Source of the DNA: an uncultured delta proteobacterium
GTDB taxonomy: Bacteria > Desulfobacterota > Binatia > UBA9968
Reading direction: 5' to 3'
Assembly (NCBI GenBank): GCA_963816145.1
Contig: CAWFJP010000031.1
Coordinates: 384,001-448,000 of the forward strand
Length of the DNA stretch: 64,000 nt
Part shown: piece by piece, positions 48,023 to 55,855 of the stretch
Layout of the letters: each line of letters starts with the position of its first letter
How positions within the stretch are numbered: the stretch's first letter is position 1
The notes under the pieces: model-generated
The model's input: the letters and a program-made list of their open reading frames with translations, nothing else
The model's database searches: none
What the model was told of the DNA's origin: nothing
Made by a program: the position numbers and the translations under genes

Positions 48023-49138
48023 TTACAGGATGCTGGTCGGACTTGCCTTCGCGGCGTCTTCGGCCTTCGGCAGCCGGCCATCGGTGTCATGGACCAAAAA
48101 TCCCTTCTGGCCTTCAGCGCGATTCGGCGGAAGGCCGAGGTTGCTCAATGTTTCCTCCACGCTGTCGTACCAGACGCCTACCTTCATGATCTGGCGCGCT
48201 TCGTCCGCCGTGGCTACCTTGCGGCCGAACTGCTCGCTCTGTTTCACCGCCCACTCGACCTGCTTCACCGTCGGCCAGCGCTTCTTGTTCATGTCCCAGA
48301 TGTTATCCTCGTTGCCGACGCGCACGTGGGCGCCGAGAATCGTGCTCAGGGTTTGGATCGCGATGTTGCCGCGCATGCTGCTCCAGAACGTCACGCTCGA
48401 CGCTCCGTGCGGCGTGCGGCGCAGCATCTCCATCCAGTCAAACGGATTGCGGCCCATCGAACCACCGCCGTAACCGCACAGAGCTACGTTCAGCGGCCCC
48501 ATATATATGCCGCCGCGGACCAGCCGTTCGATGATCTCGAGCTGATGGACGTGGCCAGGCACAAAGTAGGGTTGGATGCCGTTCTTGCGCAGCCGCTTGA
48601 GGTGCTCCTCGTAGAACGCCGGCGTCGAATCCACGACCATGCCTCTCCAGGCTGCCAGAACCTTAGGGTTATCGAGATGCGTCCCCTTGATGTCCTCGGC
48701 GGTCATCGCCATCGTAACGTCCCAGAGCGTCGTGCCGGTCGTCACCGTGACGAATTCCGGCTTCGGGTCCAGCTCCGTCAGCATGTGGCGGGTGTCATAG
48801 TCGAGCCATTTGGCCTTGGCATCTTCGGTGTGCGGTGCGAACGAGATCGAGCCGCCTACCTGGATGATCATCTTCGGCACCGCCTGCCGGACGCGCGCGA
48901 GGAGTTCCTTGTACTGATCGAAGTTGCTGGAGCCCTGGCCGGTCTTGGGATCGCGAACGTGGAAGTGCAGCATCGTGGCGCCGGCGTTGTAGCAGTCGAC
49001 CGCCGCCTGCACCTGCTGGTCGAACGTGACAGGAAGCTCCTCGACATCGCCGGGGAGCCATTCAGGCCCGTAGGGCGCCGCCGTGATGATCGTGGGCTGC
49101 ATATTCTCGGGAAATAGCGAGTCTTCGGTAAAATACAT
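48023..49138 (-). CDS. Beta-keto acid cleavage enzyme (BKACE/Kce, DUF849) family protein
   Basis: IITAAPYG, C.NAGATMLHFHVRD (Zn HxH), HVRVGNEDN, GR.VAT..EAR; SD AAGGAG. Confidence 0.92.
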   Translation of the reverse strand: MYFTEDSLFPENMQPTIITAAPYGPEWLPGDVEELPVTFDQQVQAAVDCYNAGATMLHFHVRDPKTGQGSSNFDQYKELLARVRQAVPKMIIQVGGSISFAPHTEDAKAKWLDYDTRHMLTELDPKPEFVTVTTGTTLWDVTMAMTAEDIKGTHLDNPKVLAAWRGMVVDSTPAFYEEHLKRLRKNGIQPYFVPGHVHQLEIIERLVRGGIYMGPLNVALCGYGGGSMGRNPFDWMEMLRRTPHGASSVTFWSSMRGNIAIQTLSTILGAHVRVGNEDNIWDMNKKRWPTVKQVEWAVKQSEQFGRKVATADEARQIMKVGVWYDSVEETLSNLGLPPNRAEGQKGFLVHDTDGRLPKAEDAAKASPTSIL

Positions 49139-49266
49139 TTCGTTCTCCTTCGTTAGTTATTTCAGAACACTGGCAAACCCAATGCTCCAAAGGTTGATAT
49201 TCGACAGCGTTGCCCATTGATGTCATTTGTCTAATGCCTTGCTTCGCTACCTCCTTCCTCCGGTGC

Positions 49267-49644
49267 TCAATCCAAGTTCACGGCTTTGCGGATAGCTTCG
49301 AGCACAACTTCGCCAGGATCGTTTTTTCGCAAGTAAGCGCTACAGCAAGTTTGCCGTGCTTGCTCACGGATTTCCGGATCGTCGTGGGAGGTTATAAAAA
49401 TTATCGGGATGGTGGAGCCGGAACTAGCAAGTCTGTTCTGTAGCTCGAATCCGGATATTCCGCCCAATTGAATATCCAACAAGATGCAGTGCGGCGCTCG
49501 ACGTTCCTGATCTTCAAGAAAAGCTTCCGCAGAGGGATATGTGATCGGCCTAAAGCCGGCCGCGCGAAGTAGGCGATCCATCGCTTGGCACAAGCTCGCG
49601 TCATCATCGATAATTGCAATCCTAATTGTTTCTGTACTGCTCAT
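49267..49644 (-). CDS. Single-domain response regulator (receiver only)
   Basis: IDDD, LLDIQL (phospho-Asp), FITSHD, YLRK. Confidence 0.9.
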   Translation of the reverse strand: MSSTETIRIAIIDDDASLCQAMDRLLRAAGFRPITYPSAEAFLEDQERRAPHCILLDIQLGGISGFELQNRLASSGSTIPIIFITSHDDPEIREQARQTCCSAYLRKNDPGEVVLEAIRKAVNLD

Positions 49645-49825
49645 CGCAATTCAGTTCGCGTAAAAAACCAACGCGAATGAACGCAAATTAGCAGCGACTC
49701 AAATCGTCTGTCTATTTCCCTTTGGGGAAGTATCCGGAGGACAGGGGTCGAGGTTTGGGGATCGCGTCAGGACTGATCAGTAGTCAGTGAGTTGAAAGGG
49801 ATCGAGGGAGGAGGGATTGAACATC

Positions 49826-49908
49826 GAGGTTTCAGGTGTCGGGTTTCAGGATCGGCGGATGCGAACCTGCTGTGGCTCTCCGAAACTGAAACCTGAACAC
49901 TGAAACCT
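49826..49908. repeat. Empty heptamer-arm hairpin (same arms as the four-helix-bundle cassette)
   Basis: GAGGTTTCAGGTGTCGGGTTTCAGG, ~29-nt spacer, CCGAAACTGAAACCTGAACACTGAAACCT. Confidence 0.85.
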
Positions 49909-49952
49909 GGTATCTTCCCTCAGTACCCTACACTCAACACTCGTAAAAAGAA

Positions 49953-50588
49953 TTACAGCACTAGCTGACCGTCTTTGAACAGGCCGGCTTCTTGAACGAG
50001 TCGTGTCAGCTCGGCCACAGACTGAACACCGAGCTTGCTCATCATGCTGCCGCGGTGCACCTTGACCGTGCGGTCGGTAATACCCAGATCGTAAGCGGTT
50101 TGCTTATTCAGTTTTCCCTGTAAGACATACGCGAGCACCTCGCGCTCCCGCATTGTTAGCGTGTCAAAGCGTGCGCGCAGCTCGCTTTGACGCGCGCGAG
50201 CATGTCGTGCCTCGTCATCGCGCGCCAGCGCTCGTCTCACCGCGTCCAAAAGATTTTCTTTAGGTGCGCGTTTGGTGAGAAAGTCTTCGGCTCCATCTCT
50301 CATGGCGCGCACTGAAGTGGGAATATCGCCGTGGCCGGTGAGAAAGACCACCGGCATCGGATTGCTACTTTTGCTCAAGGCCGTTTGTAAATCGAGGCCG
50401 GAAACACCCGGCATTTTCAAATCCGCAATGACGCACCCCCGAGCCTCCGGTGTAAGAGATGCGAAAAATTCCGCCGCGGAAGCGAAAGTCTTCACGTCGA
50501 AGCTGGAAGCCTGGAGCAAACGCGATACTGCCTTGAGAAAAGAAGCGTCGTCATCCACTACATGAACAGCCGGAGAAGACGAGGACAT
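49953..50588 (-). CDS. FixJ-type response regulator (receiver plus LuxR HTH)
   Basis: VVDDD, ADLKMPG.SGL, FLTGHGDIP.SVRAM, LT.REREVL...GKLNKQ.A..LGI..RTVKVHR. Confidence 0.95.
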   Translation of the reverse strand: MSSSSPAVHVVDDDASFLKAVSRLLQASSFDVKTFASAAEFFASLTPEARGCVIADLKMPGVSGLDLQTALSKSSNPMPVVFLTGHGDIPTSVRAMRDGAEDFLTKRAPKENLLDAVRRALARDDEARHARARQSELRARFDTLTMREREVLAYVLQGKLNKQTAYDLGITDRTVKVHRGSMMSKLGVQSVAELTRLVQEAGLFKDGQLVL

Positions 50589-50590
50589 AC

Positions 50591-50641
50591 GGGTTTCGGG
50601 TGTCGGGCTTTGGGTTTTGGGGTTCGGGTTTCAGGTGTCAG
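50591..50641. repeat. Heptamer-repeat arm (GGGTTTC-like, about 7 units) at the 3' side of the four-helix-bundle gene
   Basis: GGGTTTC GGGTGTC GGGCTTT GGGTTTT GGGGTTC GGGTTTC AGGTGTC; inverted relative to 51113-51143. Confidence 0.85.
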
Positions 50642-51096
50642 CTCGGAGGCCAGCCGGCGTCGGTAAGCTCAGTGCTGTTACCGTAGGAGTTTGGACTTTC
50701 TTCCACGATCCACCGTCGCTCTCGCTCTGGTAGTTTTCGCTCAAGCGTTTTCTCCAAACCGTTCAGCATCCGGATGCATTCCTTGTACTTGGCGCGAAAC
50801 GACTGGTAAACGTCTGCAGTGATGTAAGCCTTTTCTTTCGCCATGAACAAGTGATGTATTGTCTCCGCGGCCTCACCTCGACTACGATTCACCCCCTCAA
50901 TCTTATTACGGACATGACGATCGTCGTTTTTCTCGGCAAGTTGCGCGGGCGAACTATTCGAAGAGCGGCGAATTTGCGATCCGATTTCGTATTTTTCCTC
51001 CGCCGGCCATGTGTGACTCAAATTACAGGCTTCAATATGTAGCCGACAAAGCTTCTGGTAAACTTGTAAATCCTCGACGTCCATATAACTGCTCAT
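50638..51096 (-). CDS. Four-helix-bundle protein (23S rRNA intervening-sequence protein / Avd-like family)
   Basis: EDL.VYQK, P.EEKY....QIRRSS.S..A.LAE, SRGEAAET...L, MLNGL; SD GGGAGG. Confidence 0.9.
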   Translation of the reverse strand: MSSYMDVEDLQVYQKLCRLHIEACNLSHTWPAEEKYEIGSQIRRSSNSSPAQLAEKNDDRHVRNKIEGVNRSRGEAAETIHHLFMAKEKAYITADVYQSFRAKYKECIRMLNGLEKTLERKLPERERRWIVEESPNSYGNSTELTDAGWPPS

Positions 51097-51112
51097 GTTC
51101 GCCTCCCGCTGT

Positions 51113-51143
51113 CCTGAAACCCGAAACCCGACACCTGAAACCT
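51113..51143. repeat. Heptamer-repeat arm (GAAACCC-like, about 4 units) at the 5' side of the four-helix-bundle gene
   Basis: CCTGAAACCCGAAACCCGACACCTGAAACCT. Confidence 0.85.
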
Positions 51144-53017
51144 CAAATTGCGCCTCGACCCTCGTCCCTTGTCTTCAGCGTCACGGTGAACGTAGCGCCC
51201 CCGTCTGAATTGTTTTCCGCCGTGATGCTTCCGCCATGCACTCCGATAATCGTTTGCGAAATCGCGAGGCCCATGCCCATGCCGCTCGGCTTCGTGGTAA
51301 AGAACGGCTCAAACAGACGCTTGAGATTTTCTTTCGGGATGCCGTGACCGAGATCGCTTACGGCAACTTGCGCTCTCCCGTCATCCAAACAGGTGCGAAT
51401 GGAGACGCGGCGCTCCGCGCCCGCGCTGCCGTTCATCGCATCCATCGCGTTGAGGACGAGGTTCAGGAGCACCTGCTGAAGCTGGACGCGGTCACCGGCA
51501 ATCGCTAGCTGCGCAGGAGCCAAATCCATCACTAGCTTTACCTTGCGTCTTTCGGCATCGGACCGGACCAGGCGAACGACCTCTTCTGCAAGCTGGTTCA
51601 AATCAATCCGGCTCCATTGGGATTCCTGCCGTTTGAGCAGAGCTCGCATGCGATCGATCACCTCTCCGGCGCGCTGATCGTCTTTGCGAATGTCGCTGAG
51701 AATTTCGCGTATCTCCTTGAGATCGGGAGGATTCGCTTGTGCGAAAAGTTCGCCGGCTTCGGCATTGCGGAGGATCGCGCCGAGCGGTTGGTTCAACTCG
51801 TGCGCCAGCGCCGTCGCTAACTGTCCCATCATTGAGACACGACCCGCGTGCGCCAATTCCTGGCGCTGCCGGTCCACTTCTCTCTCGGCCCGACGGCGCC
51901 GCGTCCTTTGCAGCATTAAGCCAAATATCAGCATGGCTTGGATCGCAATAATCGTGAGCGTCCCCGCGATATACCAACGATACTGGTCCCACATGGACAG
52001 CGGGCGGTATTTGACCACGCTCCCCGTGGGTAGACGGGTTTCACTGATGCCCCAACGCTTCAAAGCGCGCCAATCCAACACCGGTGCCGAATCCGTGCGA
52101 ATTTCGAAAGGCAACGAAGCCGGCGGAGTGCCGGTTAGAATCTGGCCTGCTAGTTCCCCGGCACGCTTTCCAAGCGAGTCGATAGTCACGAGCGATCCAC
52201 CGACGGCGCCCGTTCCCAAAATCGAATCAGCCATGACATACACGGGCGCGTTAGACCACTGAGCAATCCACTTGCCCACCTGTGAGGAAACATAGGCATG
52301 ACCGGCGCCATCGCGAAACATCCGGGAAAACAAAATCGCTGTTTTCGCCGGCAGCGTGCTTACAGCTTGGTGCAATTCGGCCACCGCACGGTTGTCCCAG
52401 AAATCGAATTCAACCCGTCCGGCGAAAGAGCTCGCAGCCTCTTTCACGCGCTCGATGACACTACGATCGACTTCGGCGGTGCCGCCGATGACGACAATAC
52501 GCCGCGTCTCGGGTTGCAAGCGGAGAATCAATTCTATCGAGGCGCGTGGGTCTAATCGCTGCGCGATGCCGCTGATACGGCGGCCAAATTCATTGGGCCG
52601 GACTTCTTCTTCGGTAAGACCGGCAACAATGACCGGGGTTTCGGGGAACAGGTACTGCAGCAAGTTCCCTGCAGCCGCCAGATTCCCGACGTAAAGCAAC
52701 ATGACAAGGTCGGGGCGCTGGTCGGCATATTTTTCTTGGAGATACTCGCCAAAAAGTCTCTGAAAGCGCGCCGTCGGGAAACGAATGATATCGAGATCCT
52801 CGCCATAGGTTTCGAGTCGCACTGCCGAAATCTTCCCCAGCGCTTCGAGTACGCGCTCATGCGCGGCGGCGAACCCTGCCGAGAATCGACTGCCGGTGGA
52901 AATAATCAATACACGCTTGGCAGACCCGGTTTCAGCAGCCTGGGCCGAGCTGAGCGCGGCGAGAGAGACGATCAGGCACAGCTCGGCAAGCCGCTGTGCG
53001 AAGCGGAAAGTTGCCAT
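51143..53017 (-). CDS. Sensor histidine kinase (FixL/NtrB-type core) with an extracytoplasmic SBP-like sensor domain
   Basis: Signal-like N-terminus, one TM, ALAHELNQPL (H-box), QQVLLNLVLNA, DLGHG, FFTTK..GMGMGL. Start 53017 or 53047. Confidence 0.93.
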   Translation of the reverse strand: MATFRFAQRLAELCLIVSLAALSSAQAAETGSAKRVLIISTGSRFSAGFAAAHERVLEALGKISAVRLETYGEDLDIIRFPTARFQRLFGEYLQEKYADQRPDLVMLLYVGNLAAAGNLLQYLFPETPVIVAGLTEEEVRPNEFGRRISGIAQRLDPRASIELILRLQPETRRIVVIGGTAEVDRSVIERVKEAASSFAGRVEFDFWDNRAVAELHQAVSTLPAKTAILFSRMFRDGAGHAYVSSQVGKWIAQWSNAPVYVMADSILGTGAVGGSLVTIDSLGKRAGELAGQILTGTPPASLPFEIRTDSAPVLDWRALKRWGISETRLPTGSVVKYRPLSMWDQYRWYIAGTLTIIAIQAMLIFGLMLQRTRRRRAEREVDRQRQELAHAGRVSMMGQLATALAHELNQPLGAILRNAEAGELFAQANPPDLKEIREILSDIRKDDQRAGEVIDRMRALLKRQESQWSRIDLNQLAEEVVRLVRSDAERRKVKLVMDLAPAQLAIAGDRVQLQQVLLNLVLNAMDAMNGSAGAERRVSIRTCLDDGRAQVAVSDLGHGIPKENLKRLFEPFFTTKPSGMGMGLAISQTIIGVHGGSITAENNSDGGATFTVTLKTRDEGRGAI

Positions 53018-53107
53018 GTCCTTCTTGTCCGCTTGGTGCCTAGTCACGGCGGCGAGGATAGCAAACCCCGATGTCGAGAAACAACCAGCCTATCCGAAAA
53101 ATGGCCT

Positions 53108-53201
53108 AAGTGTTTGGCTGTTCGGCGATGCACCCAATGGCCCAAGTTTGGCGATGAATCATTGAATCTTATAACCCAGTTCCTTCGCGACTTCGCGTGC
53201 C
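53108..53201. repeat. 94-bp direct repeat, right copy (3' end of the intact SBP gene plus 51 bp downstream)
   Basis: Matches 45024-45117 with 4 mismatches. Confidence 0.95.
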
Positions 53202-54151
53202 AAACGGTCGTCGGCCAACTCGGCGAAGGCGGGTTTCTTGTCGACGAAGCGGCCTTGGGCCTGGATCGACTTCACTAAATTTTCCATGCCGGCGCGGGAG
53301 GGCACGCCGTCGGGGCTTAGGGTCTTGAGAAAAACCTCGTAAGTTGCCGCAGCGGATTCGGCGTCCATCTTCAAGATCCGCGTCATCAACTCGACGCTTC
53401 TGTCTTTGGATTTCTTCATCGCGTCTTTCGCGGATTGCATGGCGCGGATCACGCGCTTGACTTCGTCGGGCTTGGCTTTGATGTCTTTGGCTAGGACCGT
53501 GAGTCCGCCGCCGGGCATTTCGACCAGCGGACCAATGTCGAGAATAGTCGGAAAGCCCTTCTTCTGCGCCATGAACAGCGAGGGCGGATTGAGCGAGGCG
53601 GCGTCGAGAAAGCCGCTTTCCAGCGAGCGCACCATTTCCTGGGGCGGAAGGGCTAAAATATTAAAATCCTTTGGCGACATGCCGAGTTTCTCCAGGGCGA
53701 TGACCAACGACACATGATTGGTTGCGCCCAAACTACCGGTGACGCCTATTTTTTTGCCTTTCAGTTCTTGGAGAGTCTTGAACTTCGGACTGGCTACTAG
53801 CGAGTATGACACCCGGTCGGAGGAAACCCAGACGGCACGAAACGGCAAGCCTCCGAGACTCGCGCTGACCACGCCAGGACCGACGCCGGCAAAGTAATCG
53901 ATGTCGCCGGAGATCATCGCCGGCACCGTGAGCGCCGGCGACATCAAGATAATTTCCACGTTCAGGCCGCGTTCCTGAAACAGCTTCCAATCGCGCGCCG
54001 CCAGCAAGGGCAGGGAGGTGACGCTCAATGCCGAATTGGAGATTCTTATTTTAGTTCTGGATTCCTGGGCTTGGAGCGGTTCGAGGGCAAATTCGAGAGT
54101 GACGCAGAGAAACAACAGAACGAAGATTCTTACAATTGCTTTAAGCATCAT
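53159..54151 (-). CDS. ABC transporter substrate-binding protein (NMT1/SsuA-like)
   Basis: Signal peptide, KIRISN, ELKGKKIGV, MPGGGL, ADDRLAREVAKELGY. The longer ORF start runs through a repeat. Confidence 0.88.
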   Translation of the reverse strand: MMLKAIVRIFVLLFLCVTLEFALEPLQAQESRTKIRISNSALSVTSLPLLAARDWKLFQERGLNVEIILMSPALTVPAMISGDIDYFAGVGPGVVSASLGGLPFRAVWVSSDRVSYSLVASPKFKTLQELKGKKIGVTGSLGATNHVSLVIALEKLGMSPKDFNILALPPQEMVRSLESGFLDAASLNPPSLFMAQKKGFPTILDIGPLVEMPGGGLTVLAKDIKAKPDEVKRVIRAMQSAKDAMKKSKDRSVELMTRILKMDAESAAATYEVFLKTLSPDGVPSRAGMENLVKSIQAQGRFVDKKPAFAELADDRLAREVAKELGYKIQ

Positions 54152-54196
54152 TTGTTTGTTTTTCCGCTTCTTCCGACTTTCGTGTGAAGAATTTTT

Positions 54197-54272
54197 CACC
54201 ACAGAGGTCGCAGAGTTCGGAGTAATGCTTATCAAAACCTCTCGGCTCTGCGTCCTCAGCGTCTTTGCGGTG
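54197..54272. repeat. Nonamer-periodic hairpin element, CACAGAG variant
   Basis: CACCACAGAGGTCGCAGAGTTCGGAG ... CTCTGCGTCCTCAGCGTCTTTGCGGTG. Confidence 0.7.
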
Positions 54273-54319
54273 CAATCCTGATCCATGATTCACAGGGAAA
54301 CCTGAATTGCCGTATTTCT

Positions 54320-55711
54320 TTATCGGTTACCGGCGTTTTCGCCAGCCAATATTCCCGTGACGATCGCTTGCATGAGGCCGCCGGTATAGCCGCCGCGGAA
54401 GCCCCCCATCAAGCCGCCGATGGCATCGCCGGCGGCGTAGAGGCCGGGTATGGGCTTTTCGTTTTGATCGAGCACCTGACCTTTGCCGTCGATCAGGATT
54501 CCGCCCATGGTGAAGGTGATGCCGGGGACCACGCGCAGGCCGTAATAGGGCGCGCGCAAAACTTTCGGTTTACCGGTGCGCGTTACCGCCAATGACTTTG
54601 CATCGTTCGAGCTCACGGCGCGATTGTATGCCTCGATGGTTTGGCTAAGGTTGGCCGCATCGACGCCGAGTTTCTTTGCTAAGCCTTCCACACTGTCATC
54701 GCAGAACAGTTCGGCGCCGTTGTCGAGCATCCACGGATTCGGAGCGGGAATAGCCAGCGATGTCGAGGACGGCGAACTTTTCGACGCGTCCCAGGATTCA
54801 CCGTCGAAGATCAAAGTCGCGGCGGTGGGATCGTTGGTGCGGGACAACTCGTTGGCGACGGCGACATCGCCGCGGCCTTCGTCGACGAAGCGCCGCCCGT
54901 TCTGATCGACCAGCACGCCTTCATCGACGAATGAGTCCAAGCGCGGATAGGGCCAAAAGCGATCGTCGGTGAGTGCATTGCGCGCGATCAGGTGGCCGTA
55001 GAAGTATTTCAAATTTACCGCTTGGGCGCCGACCGCCATCGCCATGCGCAGGCCGTCGCCGGTGTCCTGCCTGGAGCCGCGCAGTTTGCAGCGATCGGCG
55101 TAGGCACCGATGTATTTCTTGACGAGCTCCTGGTTGGCGGCGAAACCGCCGGTGGTGAGAATCGTCGCGCGGGCGCGCAGATCGATCGATTCGCTGTCGC
55201 GTTTGCCGATCAGACCGACGACTCGGTTATTTTCAACGATCAGACGGACGCCTTCGATGCTGTTGAGAAAACCGCCGCCAAGACTCACGAATCTCTGTTT
55301 GAGACTCGCGATAGCGCGCGGGCCGACGTCCTTTTTGTAGACCGGGCCGTAGGAGATTTCGCTCTTTTGCTTGAGCCAAATCCTTCCCGGTGCGCTCTCT
55401 TCGATCTCGACGCCGACGGTCTGCAACCAATCGATGGCGCGGCCGCAGGTCCGCGACCAGGAATTTACCAGGTCGGGAAAGCCGATGCCTTCGGCCATGA
55501 CGAAGTCGTAGAGTTCCTTGGCATCGGTCTTGGGGCTCTTGCCGCCGGCGCGCAGGCTGCCCGACGCCATCAAAACGTTGCCGTCGCCGAGTTCGCCCGT
55601 GCTCTTGTCGATGAGCACTACTTTCGCGCCTTGCTCCGACGCGCGCACGGCGGCGGTGAAGCCTGCCAAGCCCGCGCCAACGATGAGTACATCAGTGTCA
55701 ATTCTATCCAT
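54320..55711 (-). CDS. FAD-dependent oxidoreductase (FAD_binding_2; fumarate reductase/TcuA/KstD-like)
   Basis: IVGAGLAG, TGGFAAN, TGDGL.MA..VGA, G.RFVDE, TFTMGG, IPGLYAAG. Confidence 0.9.
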   Translation of the reverse strand: MDRIDTDVLIVGAGLAGFTAAVRASEQGAKVVLIDKSTGELGDGNVLMASGSLRAGGKSPKTDAKELYDFVMAEGIGFPDLVNSWSRTCGRAIDWLQTVGVEIEESAPGRIWLKQKSEISYGPVYKKDVGPRAIASLKQRFVSLGGGFLNSIEGVRLIVENNRVVGLIGKRDSESIDLRARATILTTGGFAANQELVKKYIGAYADRCKLRGSRQDTGDGLRMAMAVGAQAVNLKYFYGHLIARNALTDDRFWPYPRLDSFVDEGVLVDQNGRRFVDEGRGDVAVANELSRTNDPTAATLIFDGESWDASKSSPSSTSLAIPAPNPWMLDNGAELFCDDSVEGLAKKLGVDAANLSQTIEAYNRAVSSNDAKSLAVTRTGKPKVLRAPYYGLRVVPGITFTMGGILIDGKGQVLDQNEKPIPGLYAAGDAIGGLMGGFRGGYTGGLMQAIVTGILAGENAGNR

Positions 55712-55741
55712 GGTTATCTCATAACTGCGGATACTTTTTTA

Positions 55742-55819
55742 CACCACGAAGGCACGAAGGGCACGAAGTTCGGAACTTATTTTATCCGGAACCTTCGTGT
55801 CCTTCGTGCCTTCGTGGTG
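55742..55819. repeat. CACCACGAAG hairpin element, copy 4
   Basis: CACCACGAAGGCACGAAGGGCACGAAG ... CTTCGTGTCCTTCGTGCCTTCGTGGTG. Confidence 0.9.
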
Positions 55820-55855
55820 AGATTCCTTGATTCATTTCACGATAGCATTTCACAT

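Larger units (their letters stand above)
45024..53201. mobile_element. Putative ~8.1 kb genomic island bounded by 94-bp direct repeats, with no integrase
   Basis: Direct repeats offset by 8084 bp enclose eight co-oriented accessory genes, a four-helix-bundle cassette and an RHS remnant. Confidence 0.6.

Noticed and set aside
47960-49117. 385-aa plus-strand ORF, and similar long antisense ORFs at 12654-13547, 54992-56086 and 62784-63905
   Set aside because: Shadow frames opposite well-supported genes in GC-rich DNA, with no recognisable motifs.
49171-49185. Sigma54-like TGGCAAACCCAATGC
   Set aside because: Spacing is correct but it lies on the plus strand, pointing away from the minus-strand BKACE gene with no plus-strand gene downstream.
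50638-51096. Diversity-generating retroelement, suggested by the Avd-like protein
   Set aside because: No reverse transcriptase in the window. The 94-bp repeat pair differs at synonymous sites rather than in an adenine-specific TR/VR pattern.
45024-53201. Prophage or ICE
   Set aside because: No integrase, phage structural, relaxase or conjugation genes lie between the direct repeats.
33499-55819. CACGAAG repeats as a CRISPR array
   Set aside because: They are dispersed inverted hairpins, not direct repeats separated by unique spacers, and no cas genes are present.
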